Of a stretch of 60,585 nucleotides of DNA, positions 1 through 12,901 are shown one piece after another. Under the pieces are notes generated by a model. That model was not told the DNA's origin. It saw only the letters and a list, made by a program, of their open reading frames with translations, and searched no databases. Position 1 is the stretch's first letter, and each line of letters opens with the position of its first letter. This stretch comes from Mizuhopecten yessoensis (taxonomy: Eukaryota). Location of the stretch: positions 495,823 to 556,407 of the forward strand of contig NW_018406035.1 in the NCBI RefSeq assembly GCF_002113885.1, read 5' to 3'. The position numbers were made by a program, and so were the translations under genes.

Positions 1-55
1 TACAGAACCTTCTCGACTCCGTACTGGTAATTTCTATCTCACTCATGCTTATCTC
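1..55 (-). CDS. Candidate further loop exon of paralogue B (EISMSEIEITSTESRRFC...)
   Basis: Good acceptor TTTTCCCCTATTTAG followed by a frame open to the window edge; phase link to exon 4 unresolved. Confidence 0.3.
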
Positions 56-356
56 CTAAATAGGGGAAAATACACTCACGTAACTCTCTTTTTACAGTGG
101 AGCATATTTGAACAAAATGTTCAGATTTTAGAAACATTCGTAATAAAATGTCACGGAAATGAAAACCATTTTTACTTCCGTAGGCATTATTCAACTTTAT
201 ACATAGTATAACATATATTGGTCTGGTTTATAAACTAAGATTCAATTAAACTTTAGGACTCCCTTTTACGGCATTTATATCTCTCTCTTTCCATTTCAAT
301 CCTTACCCAACATCTTAAACTAACTTCTCATATTTTACACTTTGCCTGCCGTTCAT

Positions 357-606
357 TTTATAAGATATGCTATGTTTTATATGATTTTAAATTTCATTCC
401 TCAAAAGGTTGTCCCATACTAAAATATATGTCTGGCCTAAAATGATCATAGTTGTCGTTGGGCCGTTAAACTCAAACAAATTTATAAGATATACGACGTT
501 GTATATGATTTTTAATTTGATTCCCCAAAGGTTCCCCCATATTAAAAGATTATTCTAGCATAAAAAGACAAAAGTTATCGCTGGGCTGTCAAACTCAAAC
601 ACATTT
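357..606. repeat. Diverged tandem duplication, ~124 bp x2, each ending in a SINE-tail-like GGGCCGTTAAACTCAAAC
   Basis: tttataagatat...aaactcaaaca seen twice in succession. Confidence 0.7.
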
Positions 607-1423
607 ATAGCACCAAGTAACTTACCTTATACTGTGTGTTGTCAGGCTGGAGTTAACATCGCATTTCACGTTATGAGAAATAAGTCAAAATTCATATCTC
701 GATGAGGAGCAATGAGTAGCGATCGTTGTTTGGTGTCAATTATTTAACATTTCATTCGTAGAAGTGAGGTAACTACTGACCTACCAGATGCCTTGGTGGT
801 TAACAGGGAGTACGTCATATTGCACTTTTCATTGTGGAGCAAGGAGTTACTTATATTTTATCTCGCTGTTTATTCCGCGAAACAGCCAAGGTCATATACA
901 AACTGTGTCCACTTTGACGTGTCAAATCACTAAAACGTCATATCCTCGATACGGAAGCATGATACTTCACCCAGTCATATTACGGTACCTAAGGTTTGCA
1001 TGCCAACAGATAATAAGAATCTATATATCAGTTTGTTTGTGATTTAAAGTCCTCGCGTTAGATAAGATCATATGAAGTACGTGTGCCTAAATAGACAACG
1101 CCGTAAAATAGAGTAAGAAAGACAGGAAAGAATCGTCTTAAAATGATAGGCTTACGAGAGAGTGTCAGTTAAAAGGGCTCATATGATAGTATGTTCCGCA
1201 TATTAACGTTCTACTGGTCCCCATATTTGTCGCCTTTTTAATGTCATGTAATTGGTTATAGCAGGTGGATTCTCTTCTACTTAAAACTTCGTAAATTTGA
1301 AACAAACAAAAATCAAAGAATCTGCACTTATGCAATCATATTGTATAAGTAATATTCTATGCAATCATCATTAAATTTTAATATATACAACTGCCGTACA
1401 CTTAGTATATACGTATTTATTAC

Positions 1424-1581
1424 CGTTTTCCTCTGGAAAAGTAGTCGTATCTTTGGTTTGTTTGGCATCTCGGAGCTGGACCAGCACTGCGTTGGCTATC
1501 GGTATCATCATGGCAGTAGTGGCAGTATTACTAATCCACATGGACAGGAACCACGTGGGCAGCATCATACCTAACATCAAC
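1424..1581 (-). CDS. SLC13A: SLC13 paralogue B exon 4
   Basis: [33 protein letters not shown]; AAG acceptor inside the last unit of the 47 bp array; 3' boundary (G|GTAATA) less certain. Confidence 0.88.
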
Positions 1582-4500
1582 CTTCAATGGAAGTCAACTT
1601 GTGTGTAACATCATACCCAACATCATCCTTCAATGGAAGTCAATATGAGTGTAACATCAACCTTACAATGAAAGTCAACATGTGTGTTATATCATACCTA
1701 ACATCAACCTTACAATGAAAGTCAACATGTGTGTTACATCATATCGAACATGAACCTTACAATGAAAGTCAACATGTGTGTAACATCATACCCAACATCA
1801 TCCTTCAATGGAAGTCAATATGAGTGTAACATCAACCTTACAATGAAAGTCAACTTGTGTGTTACATCATACCTAACATCAACTTTACAATGAAAGTCAA
1901 CATGTGTGTAACATCACACCCAACATCAACCTTACAATGAAAGTCAACATGAGTGTAACATCACACCTAACATCAACCTTAAAATGAAAGTCAACTTGTG
2001 TGTTATACCATACCTAACATCAACATTACAATGAAAGTCAACATGTGTGTTATACCATACCCAACATCATCCTTACAATGAAAGTCTACATGTGTGTAAC
2101 ATCATACCTAACATCAACTGTTACATCATATCCAACATCAACCTTACAATGAAAGTCAACATGAGTGTAACATCACACCTAACATCAACCTTACAACGAA
2201 AGTCAACATGTGTGTTACATCATATCGAACATGAACCTTACAATGAAAGTCAACATGTGTGTCACATCATACCTAACATAAACCTTACAATGAAAGTCAA
2301 CATGTGTGTAACATCATACCCAACATCATCCTTCAATGGAAGTCAATATGAGTATAACATCAACCTTACAATGAAAGTCAACATGTGTGTCACATCATAC
2401 CTAACATAAACCTTACAATGAAAGTCAACATGTGTGTCACATCATACCTAACATAAACCTTACAATGAAAGTCAACTTGTGTGTTACATCATACCTAACA
2501 TCAACTTTACAATGAAACTCAACTTGTGTGTAACATCATACCTAACATCAACATTACAATGAAAGTCAACTTGTGTGTAACATAATACCTAACATCAACC
2601 TTACAATGAAAGTCACCATGTGTGTTATATCATACCTAACATCAACCTTACAATGATAGTCAACTTGTGTGTAATATCATACCTAACATCATCCTTACAA
2701 TGAAAGTCAACATGTGTGTTACATCATATCGAACATGAACCTTACAATGAAAGTCAACATGTGTGTCACATCATACCTAACATAAACCTTACAATGAAAG
2801 TCAACTTGTGTGTTATACCATACCTAACATCAACATTACAATGAAAGTCAACATGTGTGTTATATAATACCCAAAATCAACCTTACAATGAAAGTCAACA
2901 TGTGTGTAACATAATTCCTAACATCAACCTTACAATGAAAGTCAACGTGTGTGTTATATAATACCCAACATCAACCTTACAGTGAAAGTCAACATGTGTG
3001 TTATACCATACCTAACCTCAACCTTACAATGAAAGTCAACATGTGTGTCACATCATATCCAACATCAACCTTACAATGAAAGTCAACATGAGTGTAACAT
3101 CACACCTAACATCAACCTTAAAATGAAAGTCAACTTGTGTGTTATACCATACCTAACATCAACATTACAATGAAAGTCAACTTGTGTGTAACATCATACC
3201 TAACATCAACATTACAATGAAAGTCAACTTGTGTGTAACATCATACCTAACATCAACATTACAATGAAAGTCAACATGCGTGTTAGACCATACCTCGCAT
3301 CAACCTTACAATGAAAGTCAACTTGTGTGTTACATCATACCTAACATCAACTTTACAATGAAACTCAACTTGTGTGTAACATCATACCTAACATCATCCT
3401 TACAATGAAAGTCAACATGTGTGTTATCCCATACCTAACATCAACCTTACAATGAAAGTCAACATGTGTGTTATATAATACCCAACATCAACCTTACAAT
3501 GAAAGTCAACATGTGTGTTATACCATACCCAACATCAACCTTACAATGAAAGTCTACATGTGTGTAACATCATACCTAACATCAACTTTACAATGAAAGT
3601 CAACATGTGTGTAACATAATACCTAACATCAACCTTACAATGAAAGTCAACATGTGTGTAACATAATACCTAACATCAACCTTACAATGAAAGTCAACAT
3701 GTGTGTTATATAATACCCAACATCAACCTTACAATGAAAGTCAACTTGTGTGTTACATCATACCTAACATCAACTTTACAATGAAACTCAACTTGTGTGT
3801 AACATCATACCTAACATCAACCTTACAATGAAAGTCAACATGTGTGTAACATCATACCCAACATCAACCTTACAATGATAGTCAACATGTGTGTAACATA
3901 ATACCCAACATCAACTTTACAATGAAAGTCAACTTGTGTGTTATACCATACCTAACATCAACATTACAATGAAAGTCAACATGTGTGTTATACCATACCT
4001 AGCATCAACCTTACAATGAAAGTCAACTTGTGTGTAACATCATACCTAACATCAACATTACAATGAAAGTCAACTTGTGTGTAACATCATACCCAACATC
4101 AACCTTACAATGAAAGTCAACTTGTGTGTTATACCATACATAACATCAACCTTACAATAAAAGTCAACTTGTGTGTAACATCAACCTTACAATGAAAGTC
4201 AACTTGTGTGTAACATCATACCTAACATCAACCTTACAATGAAAGTCAACTTGTGTGTAACATAATACCTAACATCAACATTACAATGAAAGTCAACTTG
4301 TATGTAACATCATACCCAACATCAACCTTACAATGAAAGTCAACTTGTGTGTTACATCATACCTAACATCAACCTTACAATGAAAGTCAACATATATATG
4401 TGTGTTACATCATACCCAACATCAACCTTACAATGAACGTCAAAATGACTGTTACATCATATGCTTCTGATAAGAACGGATTTCCTTATAACACTTATAT

Positions 4501-7500
4501 GATATAACGAAAAGCATTGTTATGTACAGAATAGAGTTAACCATCGACATGTAAATATGGGTAACATGTAAATATGGGTAACATGTAAATATGACCAGTC
4601 GATACATATCAGCAAGTTCGATGAGGAATCGTTTAGAATTTTGGTCTCTGTATCTACAAATGATTTTAACATAACCTTTTAAGTGTTAAAATAGTATCAA
4701 ATAGAGCTTAGCTAGTATGGGATTGGACTAATGTTTTTGACAAACATGATAGAAAAACAAAACATTAGAAACACCAAAGTGAATAGGATGATTGTGAACT
4801 ATATATAGCTATTCATATATCGTACCAGTGAGGTTCGGATCCAACTATCAGAATGATCCTTAGAGCTATTCGCTTGTGGATGTTCCAGTGTTCAATGGCA
4901 GCTGCTATAACTAGACCGCCAAGAAACAACATGGTTGTATCCTTGAGAGAGAAAAATATAACAATTAAAGGACACATTGAATAAAAGAAATATAGAGTGA
5001 ACTTGATTAACTTATTCCCTTTGGAATAGAAACACAGAACAGGTTAATAGTTTAAATGAAACGTTTTTCAAACCACTGCAAATTATATACAAATATACAC
5101 ACATATCTTTCTCCTAAATGCAGTTTGCATTTGGTTATTGGGCATTCGCGAAGAGAACGTTATGCAGACATTAGCTAAGGCTACATTTTGTACGATATTT
5201 TATGATTTTGTCCATAGAAAAAAATAACAAAAATAACAAAAATCACCATCAACACTCACGTTGACAAATTTTGAAGAAACATCCTTTGCAGACATCATTC
5301 CGACCATAGGAAATAATATTATTGGCAACAATGCCGTCACGGCAATAGGCAATGCTTCTGTCACCCAGTACACCGCCATGATGATGACCACATAGGCACA
5401 TTCTGATTCCTAGGAATGAAATACAAAACATCATTCACATTAAGGTGTTGCTTCTACTGGTTATATACACGGTTTGATACATATATTGGCCAGACTGACT
5501 ATTGTTGTACTTGTCGCATATGCATTACAGGGATAATCTTGAACAACTCTACTGTAACCTGCTACGTACATTCCTATGTCCACCTAGCACATTTCTTGTT
5601 ATATGTATATGTTATGCCTTTTCATTGAAGACCTAGGCTAATAAGGTAACACATGTATGTATTGCATCGATAAAACATAATGGTAACGAAAAGCTTCATG
5701 GTGTTCATCAAGAAACAAACATCTATACTATTTTTTTATTTTTTTAACTCGTTCGTCCAAAGGAAAGGGAGGACGGTTAGGAGTTCTGTTCTCTAATCGA
5801 GATATAAATCGAAGTCCTAAAAACTGGCGCTCAAAACTCTCTGCTTCACGGTCGCCTTTGAATGGATGGTGGTAGGACTGATTGGATTGCTGTCAGTTAA
5901 TTAAGTTACAAGGTTGTTATGTATCATTCAGATTGCACATAAAAGGGGATATAAAGTGGCCCAGTTATTAGGGACGCCATTTTCATACACCGTGTATGAC
6001 TTTCGGTATGAGGAGCACGTAAAATCCCATACATACAGGGATGTGTTAACAAAAGAAAACTGCACACTCTGCATGTTCACCCATTTGCCAACTCTTATGA
6101 ACATGCAAATTGCAGACAATTGATGTCTCAAAACACTGAGCGCTGTTTCCAAAGCTTCAACAGAGAAGCTAATTGATCATAAATGTGTTGTACGAAAATG
6201 CCCTACCCCCCCCCCCCCCCCCAAAAAAAGAAAAACATAAATCAATAACATAAAAATAAAAAAAACTAATGTTATTTCTGAGCCTCTGATAATGAAATGG
6301 GTAGAAAAATAGGTCTTGAAAGGGTCTTTTTGTTGAAGACAATTGCTACGAAACATAAACCCCACATTAATACGCGGTTTAAAAAATTGCAAATTGAATA
6401 ATGTTGCAATAGAAACCATATTTCAGTCTTGTGGCAGACCACTTACAAGAATAGTTTTTCTGCTCCCTTCAAAGTGTATCAATTATTTGTTTGTTATATA
6501 TGGATATATTGCAGTTTAACACAATTGTTGAGCTGCATGACCCAACTTGCATGAACATTGTATGACCCAACTAGCATGTACATTGTATGACCCAACATGC
6601 ATGTACATTGTATGACCCAACATGCATGTACAATGTATGACCGAACATACATGTAGATTGTATGACCCAACATGCATGTACAATGTATGACCCAACATGC
6701 ATATAGATTGTATAACCCAACATGCATGTACGGTGTATGACCCAACATACATGTACAGTGTATGACCCAACATACATGTACAGTGTATGAATCAGTGGAT
6801 AACAACAAGCTTGGATTTAACTATTCCTCATTCTTTCTGTAATGATTTAACAAAATGATTGAGGTAGTAGCTATATTAGCTCGGGTTGTACATTATTCTT
6901 GAATTTACGTTTTTACGTTTTAGTATTTACGAAAACCCACCGTTGACCTTTGTTTCTCCTTGGCTGCACTATGTTTGATGTTAGCTACTTTAACTTGACA
7001 CACCGCATAGTAATTCACAAAACAAGTGCTGATCCCTGTATTAACTGGAGGTGTACCTGTACTTGAAGACATTGTTGTCTAATGCGTGATTATTTTAAAA
7101 TCAAAATGAAGTGCAAACGGTTTTTTTATAAAGTAAAAATATAAAGAAATTCAGTTTCCTGGTTAAGAAATCAAAATGATCAATTCTGGGGAAACCAATT
7201 AAGCTTACATAGCTTTGAACAGACAGGTCTATGCAGGTAAACTGTCAGCCTGTGTTTATAGAGAATGATAACGTTTACTACGCATTTCGTATGAAGTGAT
7301 TATCAAATATTGACGTAAAATTAGAAATTGTACGGGATATGAATAAATATCATTATGCTAATTTTGCCACGTTTTATGACGGTCCAGATAACGACATTAG
7401 ATTAAGGGACAATCTCATCGGTGGACACCGTTGTCTTATTAGCATAGTTATTTCAATAATGTGGAACAACTTACTATAACAGCAAATCATGATTTTAAAT

Positions 7501-9266
7501 GGACATGGTTTAAATCCTAAACTATCTTTTTTTATTAACCGGAGAGCAGTCAGTTCGGAGATTAATTACAATAAATACACTTTAAACCCGATTAGAGACG
7601 GTTTGCTCTACAAACCTGGTATATCCAACCTTTGTTATACTTCGTCTGTTTTGCTTTGTTCGTTTCCTAGGGTACTGCTTGTTTGAATTCCGCTTTTTTT
7701 ATTGTTGGCTATGTAACAGTGTTTGTGTAAAAATCACCAGATTTGGATTGTCAATGAAATGCTAAACGTGACCAAAGTGTAGAAATGTGTTAGGAAATTT
7801 GTGAAATTTGTCCTTCAAAAACTGAGTAACAATAGCAAAGTTAGAAAGCTATTCTTTAATCCGGGTAACGAATAAGTAATAACTGTCCAACTTTACTTTG
7901 CGAATAAATATTCAATTGCCTCTTAAACGAACTACAAAAAAAAACATTTACCATTAACATACTAGGACGCTCTCTCGTTTGCTAAAAAAATCCGTTTGAG
8001 AAGAGAAATTGAACGGATAAAAAATGTTGCAATTAATATTTTAGTATTTTGATGACATTCTTGTTCTAAAGTAGAGAGCACCACGTGAAGCCCACAATTT
8101 GCAAGGGGGTTCCTACATTAATCGCCTCTCACGATCATGCAGTGTGTTACAGCTAGTAAATCATTTATCGATCTCTAATCTGTAGGGAACGCTTTTATCA
8201 AGAAGGACATGGATCAAAGTGTTTTTCAAGCACAAACATTCAAAACGAAATAGAACTTTTAGGTTTTTTGGTACTTGTGAAGTAAATAGAATGCTTACTT
8301 TCAATACTTTCGTAAATTCATTGTGTATGTCTCAATTATATAATTCAGCATATAATAAGATTGTCTCGTGTTACATGTTCGTTTAGGAAAAATGACTGCA
8401 CACATGTACTTGTTTCTTGTAACATTGCCGTAAATCAAACCAGATGATAACATTGTTTGACAATTAATTGTAAAAATACTGCCAGTCATTTTTGTCCTTT
8501 TTTCTCCTAAAATTCAAGACGGTGACCTGCGTGTTAATGCTACGAGAAGATGACTGAAAACACGATACAAATTTAAAATGTAACGAGTGTAACTATATCA
8601 CAATTAAGAAGGCTGTACACGTAGTAAACAACAAAACATTATAACGGTAGTAGGTGAGACGATAATATACCAAAGGTAACAGGTACGTTATACGTCCACA
8701 CTGTGACAGGGACGTTACCGTAGACATGGCTTGGTGAGTTCCCTTAGGCTATTCTACGTAAACGTGTGTGTAATGTAGACGTTTTCTGTCATCCATCAAA
8801 CATAAACTTATTTTCAGTGATGTGCGGGATTATATATGTTATTGTTATACACGTTTGTCACGTACATTGTTTGCGTAATAAGGTAAAGTTGAATATTTTC
8901 AAGTAAAATTGTGTAATGTATACGCAATATTTGATATTGAATATATATAGGGTAAATGATATTTATCTAAACGGCCACATTTTGATCTTTAAACTATTTC
9001 AGCAGTAGAAACAGAATGACGTAAATAATAAGTAAAAAGTGGTTAGTGAAATTTTATATCTAACACTCTATGGATGAAAACAGATATCGACATAAACAAA
9101 TATTCGTGTAATTATTAAACTTCATATAATATAATAAAAGTCATAAACCTACCTTTGATTGGATACTGATTGGAATAGGCAACAACACAATAGGTGTGAT
9201 AATTACAATGAGAACATTTCTTATCGCAAGAATGTCACGTAAAAACTCGCGGAACGTATATCCCAT
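1424..9266 (-). CDS. SLC13A: SLC13-family cotransporter, paralogue B; 5' part (exons 1-4), continues beyond window start
   Basis: Exons 9153-9266, 5260-5409, 4826-4941, 1424-1581 with the same phases and exon 2/3 lengths as paralogue A; motifs [39 protein letters not shown]. Confidence 0.9.
1563..4460. repeat. 47 bp minisatellite (~60 copies) derived from the intron3/exon4 junction of paralogue B
   Basis: Unit catcatacctaacatcaaccttacaatgaaagtcaacatgtgtgtaa; first 19 nt of the first unit are coding sequence of exon 4. Confidence 0.95.
4826..4941 (-). CDS. SLC13A: SLC13 paralogue B exon 3
   Basis: [39 protein letters not shown]; AAG acceptor after TCTCTCTC tract, GTACGA donor. Confidence 0.92.
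5260..5409 (-). CDS. SLC13A: SLC13 paralogue B exon 2
   Basis: [29 protein letters not shown]; TAG/GTGAGT. Confidence 0.93.
6535..6790. repeat. 25 bp minisatellite, ~10 copies
   Basis: Unit tgtatgacccaacatgcatgtaca(t/a). Confidence 0.9.
9153..9266 (-). CDS. SLC13A: SLC13 paralogue B coding exon 1 ([38 protein letters not shown])
   Basis: AAAATGG start context, TP..LLP motif, AAG|GTAGGT donor; too short for the ORF track. Confidence 0.85.
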
Positions 9267-10915
9267 TTTGCCGAGAAAATTATTGTCCTGTTTAGTGTGA
9301 AGATGACACTACATGCAGATATACTGATGTTAATTTAAATTTGAGTATTCAAACAGATCCTATCGACCACTGCCCGTCTGGTATCCTGGCACAGACAGAA
9401 GTGCCCCTTCGGTATTATCTGCCTCTCATATCCGTGTAAGGTAAAGTTTGGGCCAATAGAGACGACGGTAAACAATGTGCTGAGTAAGTGACATGTTGAT
9501 ATGCTTAGACATACACATGAGTACTACGCAACGTCCTAGTTTTGCATGGCCGATTGTCTCCTACTTTATTTACATAATATATTTAACCTGTGTTGATATT
9601 TCCATCGTTGTCTTAAGAGTATTTAACTTAAATTAACATAAATGTATCAAATAAAAATGAAAAGGACATACACACTTTAAATATCGACGCTTAGGTACTT
9701 TTATGAAACAAAACAGTAAATTTCTTCATTAAAGTTGATATAGGAATGAATCAGTCCCCTTGTTTGAATCGACAAACTACAGTGTAGTGCAAATACGCAA
9801 AGGTTGTTAAGTTATGTATCGCACTCTAATCTATGGTGTGTCAATTGCCAAATTACCGTTCAATCCTTATGTTAGAATTTTGAAAATTGAGCCTCACGTC
9901 ATTTATTGAAAGATTATTTACCAATGCATGTGACATCTAAACACATATATTGTGCAAATCGTCCTAATGTTTATGAGAAGTTCGGCCATACAAACCCACT
10001 TTCCATATTCAAACCACAATATTACAGGACAAAACCTTTAAACATGTATTTCTTATAAGACATCCTCCACATGCCTAAACTGTTTTGTTTTGGTGATACC
10101 ATACAACCTAAATGTTTCGATGGTATTTCCTTTTGTTAACGTAAGGAACGTTATTTTACTACACTGCCATTTAAACGCACTAGATGCCATTTTTGCGCTT
10201 ATAAAAATGTCGACCAGCTATTTCCATTCATAACCTGGCAGACTAGCGAGACTATGGTTACAACTACGTCTTGTTGGCGCTGGCATCCTTGCATTACTAA
10301 TACAAATCATTAGTGTATGAAAACCCGCTTCTGAAAAAAACACTTCAGAACAGTTCGTTAACCCAAGCAATAATTTCAGTTTTTAGTATGTTCCCTAGGT
10401 TTGTTTTGTAAGTTTGTCAAAAATGTGTTGTCCTATACAGGTAGTGCTCATAAATTATAAGAATACGCTAAAGTATCCTCTCATGGAAGCCTGACAATCC
10501 TCTTGATTCTGCAGCGGCTGCCATCACATTAGTCGCCTCTAATGGTATTACGGTTTAGATCCATGCATAGACTTTGCCATATCTGGAAATGAAAGGCTGT
10601 GATATTTGGAGGATTTGAATGAGATTAAAAACCCCGCTAAATATTTTGCATGTAAACAGGATGTGTCTGATGCACAACCATAAACTTCCTTAGAAAAAAA
10701 TGGTTTGAATGAGTTCAAATTTAAGTAAACTGAAATTCCCAAACCAACTCTATCATCAAAAAATCATAAATTTCGGTCATTTTCTCATTGTATAAATTTA
10801 TGTATAGTCTGTTGATGGAAATGTAAATTTGATGAATGTTTTTAACGTTATCGACATTCAAAGTAGTTATAATCAGTGTAAGTGGGTAGTGTAAGTGGGT
10901 GGTGACATATGTAAT

Positions 10916-11450
10916 CCCTGCAGGTAGGGCGTAAGAATTGTACCTGCTGCCCCCAATTGCATGATCGTAAGAGGCGACTAAATTTGGGACCTTATCTCTT
11001 CTCTCCTTTCTAAATAACTTTCTTCTTCCTAATGTCTCCCTTGACAATGCCTCACTTTTGGCCATTTGTTGAGCGTTCGCCCCTGTGAGGAAGGCTTTGG
11101 GTTCTGTCCCCTGGCCGAGACATACCAAAGTCTTTAAAAATGGTAGTTTCTACTCCTGCTTAACGCTCAGCAAATTAGGAGTGGGACGACTGGTTCGCCC
11201 GTTGTCAGTATAATGTGACCGGGTGGGGCGTCCTGCTGGGTGTCTTCGGCAGTATGTTTCAGTGAGGTAGCACTATAAAGTCGGCATCAGTTCCGCGCTA
11301 TCACAAGGAGACGAACACGAACATATCGCAGCCTCCCAAAATACACACACATACACTACACGCATGCATCTTGCACACAGGGGAGGCCGTCCTTAAATGA
11401 CCTTAGCTGTTAATAGGACGTTAAACAAAATCAAACAAACAAACAAACAA
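10916..11450 (+). mobile_element. Full-length composite SINE (structured head, degenerate tRNA-like segment, Nin/Deu-like core, (CAAA)n tail)
   Basis: 13 bp TSD tggtgacatatgt (10900-10912 / 11451-11463); tail gaccttagctgttaataggacgttaaac(aaac)n; near-identical copy at 12902. Domain naming is from recall of molluscan SINEs. Confidence 0.88.
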
Positions 11451-12357
11451 TGGTGACATATGTGTTTCTTTGTTTTGGGATACCATATATTTAACGGCTC
11501 CGATGACGTTTTCCTCGATCCGGAACAGAAGAATACTGTTTAAAGTGATAATATGCGTGTTTGATAAAAAAAAGATATAAAAAGTTGGTCTTTTATACTG
11601 CTTAAAATTGTTTTTTGCTTTGATTAGATCACTTTATATTGAAACCAAATATCACAGTTGTATCAACAGTAATGGGCAATAGAAATGAATTGAAGGAGAA
11701 TCATAGTGGACAATATAAGTGTTTGTATGCGACTTATTGATGTCTATCTATGTAACATACATATAACACGGTAACACAAATGCAGAGAAAAGTAATCGAT
11801 AACATAGTTTTTTGTTCACGGATGTTTGTTTGTGGTTAAGTTGAGAGTGTGCGTAAATACAGATATAGTATATACGTTAGTACAGATACAGCCATGCTAG
11901 AAACATGTCAACAGGTAATATACAACTATTACCGGTAGCATGACATTCATTTTAGGCGTGATATAATATTGATAATGCTCATTGAAACCGGTCAGAAAGA
12001 GAATGAAAATTAGTAAAACCAAATTCTGCCCATGATAAATACCTCACTGTTTCAGTTTCTGACTGTATAGTGATTTACGCATCTTAATTTTACTTCATCT
12101 GTTATTTCATTAAAAATCATTACACAAATTATTTGGATACATGATGGATACATTGCTATAACATCAGTGGTGACTGTTTCTCTACTCAGTCGTTAGTCGC
12201 TATACAGTTACTACAGGTGTTTCTGTTTGTGACATCATTTGCATATTTGTGAAAAGGTAATGTCAGATGGTTGCAGTAAACTTATTATAATTTGGCAGTG
12301 ATGTCGCTTTTATGCGCCAATATGAATATGTCAAGGCCGTTGTTTAGATACACCTGG

Positions 12358-12848
12358 TGTTGTTTGGTGTTGTATTGTTTAACGCCCTATCGGCCTCCCC
12401 CGTGTGCAAGATGTATGCGTGTGTGTTTTGGGAGGCTGCGATATGTTCGTGTTTATCTCCTTGTGATAGCGCGGGACTGATGCCGACTTTATAGTGCTAC
12501 CCAACTGAAACATACTGCCGAAGACACCCAGCAGGACACCCCACCCGGTCACATTATACTGACAACGGGCGAACTAGTCGCCCAACTCATAAATTGCAGA
12601 GCGTTAAGCAGGAGTAGAAACTACCATTTTTACAGACTTTGGTTTATCTCGGCCAGGGGACAATACCCAAAGCCTTCCTCACAGGGGCGAACTCTCGACT
12701 AAAGGGGAAAAGTGAGGCATTGTCAAGGGAGACATTAGGAAGAAAAAGTTGTTTAGAAATAAGATCAAAGATAAGATCCCAAATTTAGTCGCCTCTTACG
12801 ATCACGCTATGGGGGCAGTAGGTACAATTCTTACGCCCTATCTGCAGT
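12358..12848 (-). mobile_element. Diverged SINE copy of the same family, opposite orientation
   Basis: Reverse complement aligns along the 10916 copy; TSD tagatacacct (12345-12355 / 12852-12862). Confidence 0.88.
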
Positions 12849-12901
12849 GACTAGATACACCTAGTACCATGCAAGTACCACGTTTACCTAAGTATGACAG
12901 T

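Noticed and set aside
10916-10990. HDV-like or twister ribozyme in the SINE head
   Set aside because: Helix order does not fit either consensus by manual folding; kept only as an unclassified structured module.
11068-11120. tRNA gene
   Set aside because: Only a decayed tRNA-like SINE segment; no complete cloverleaf or intact B box.
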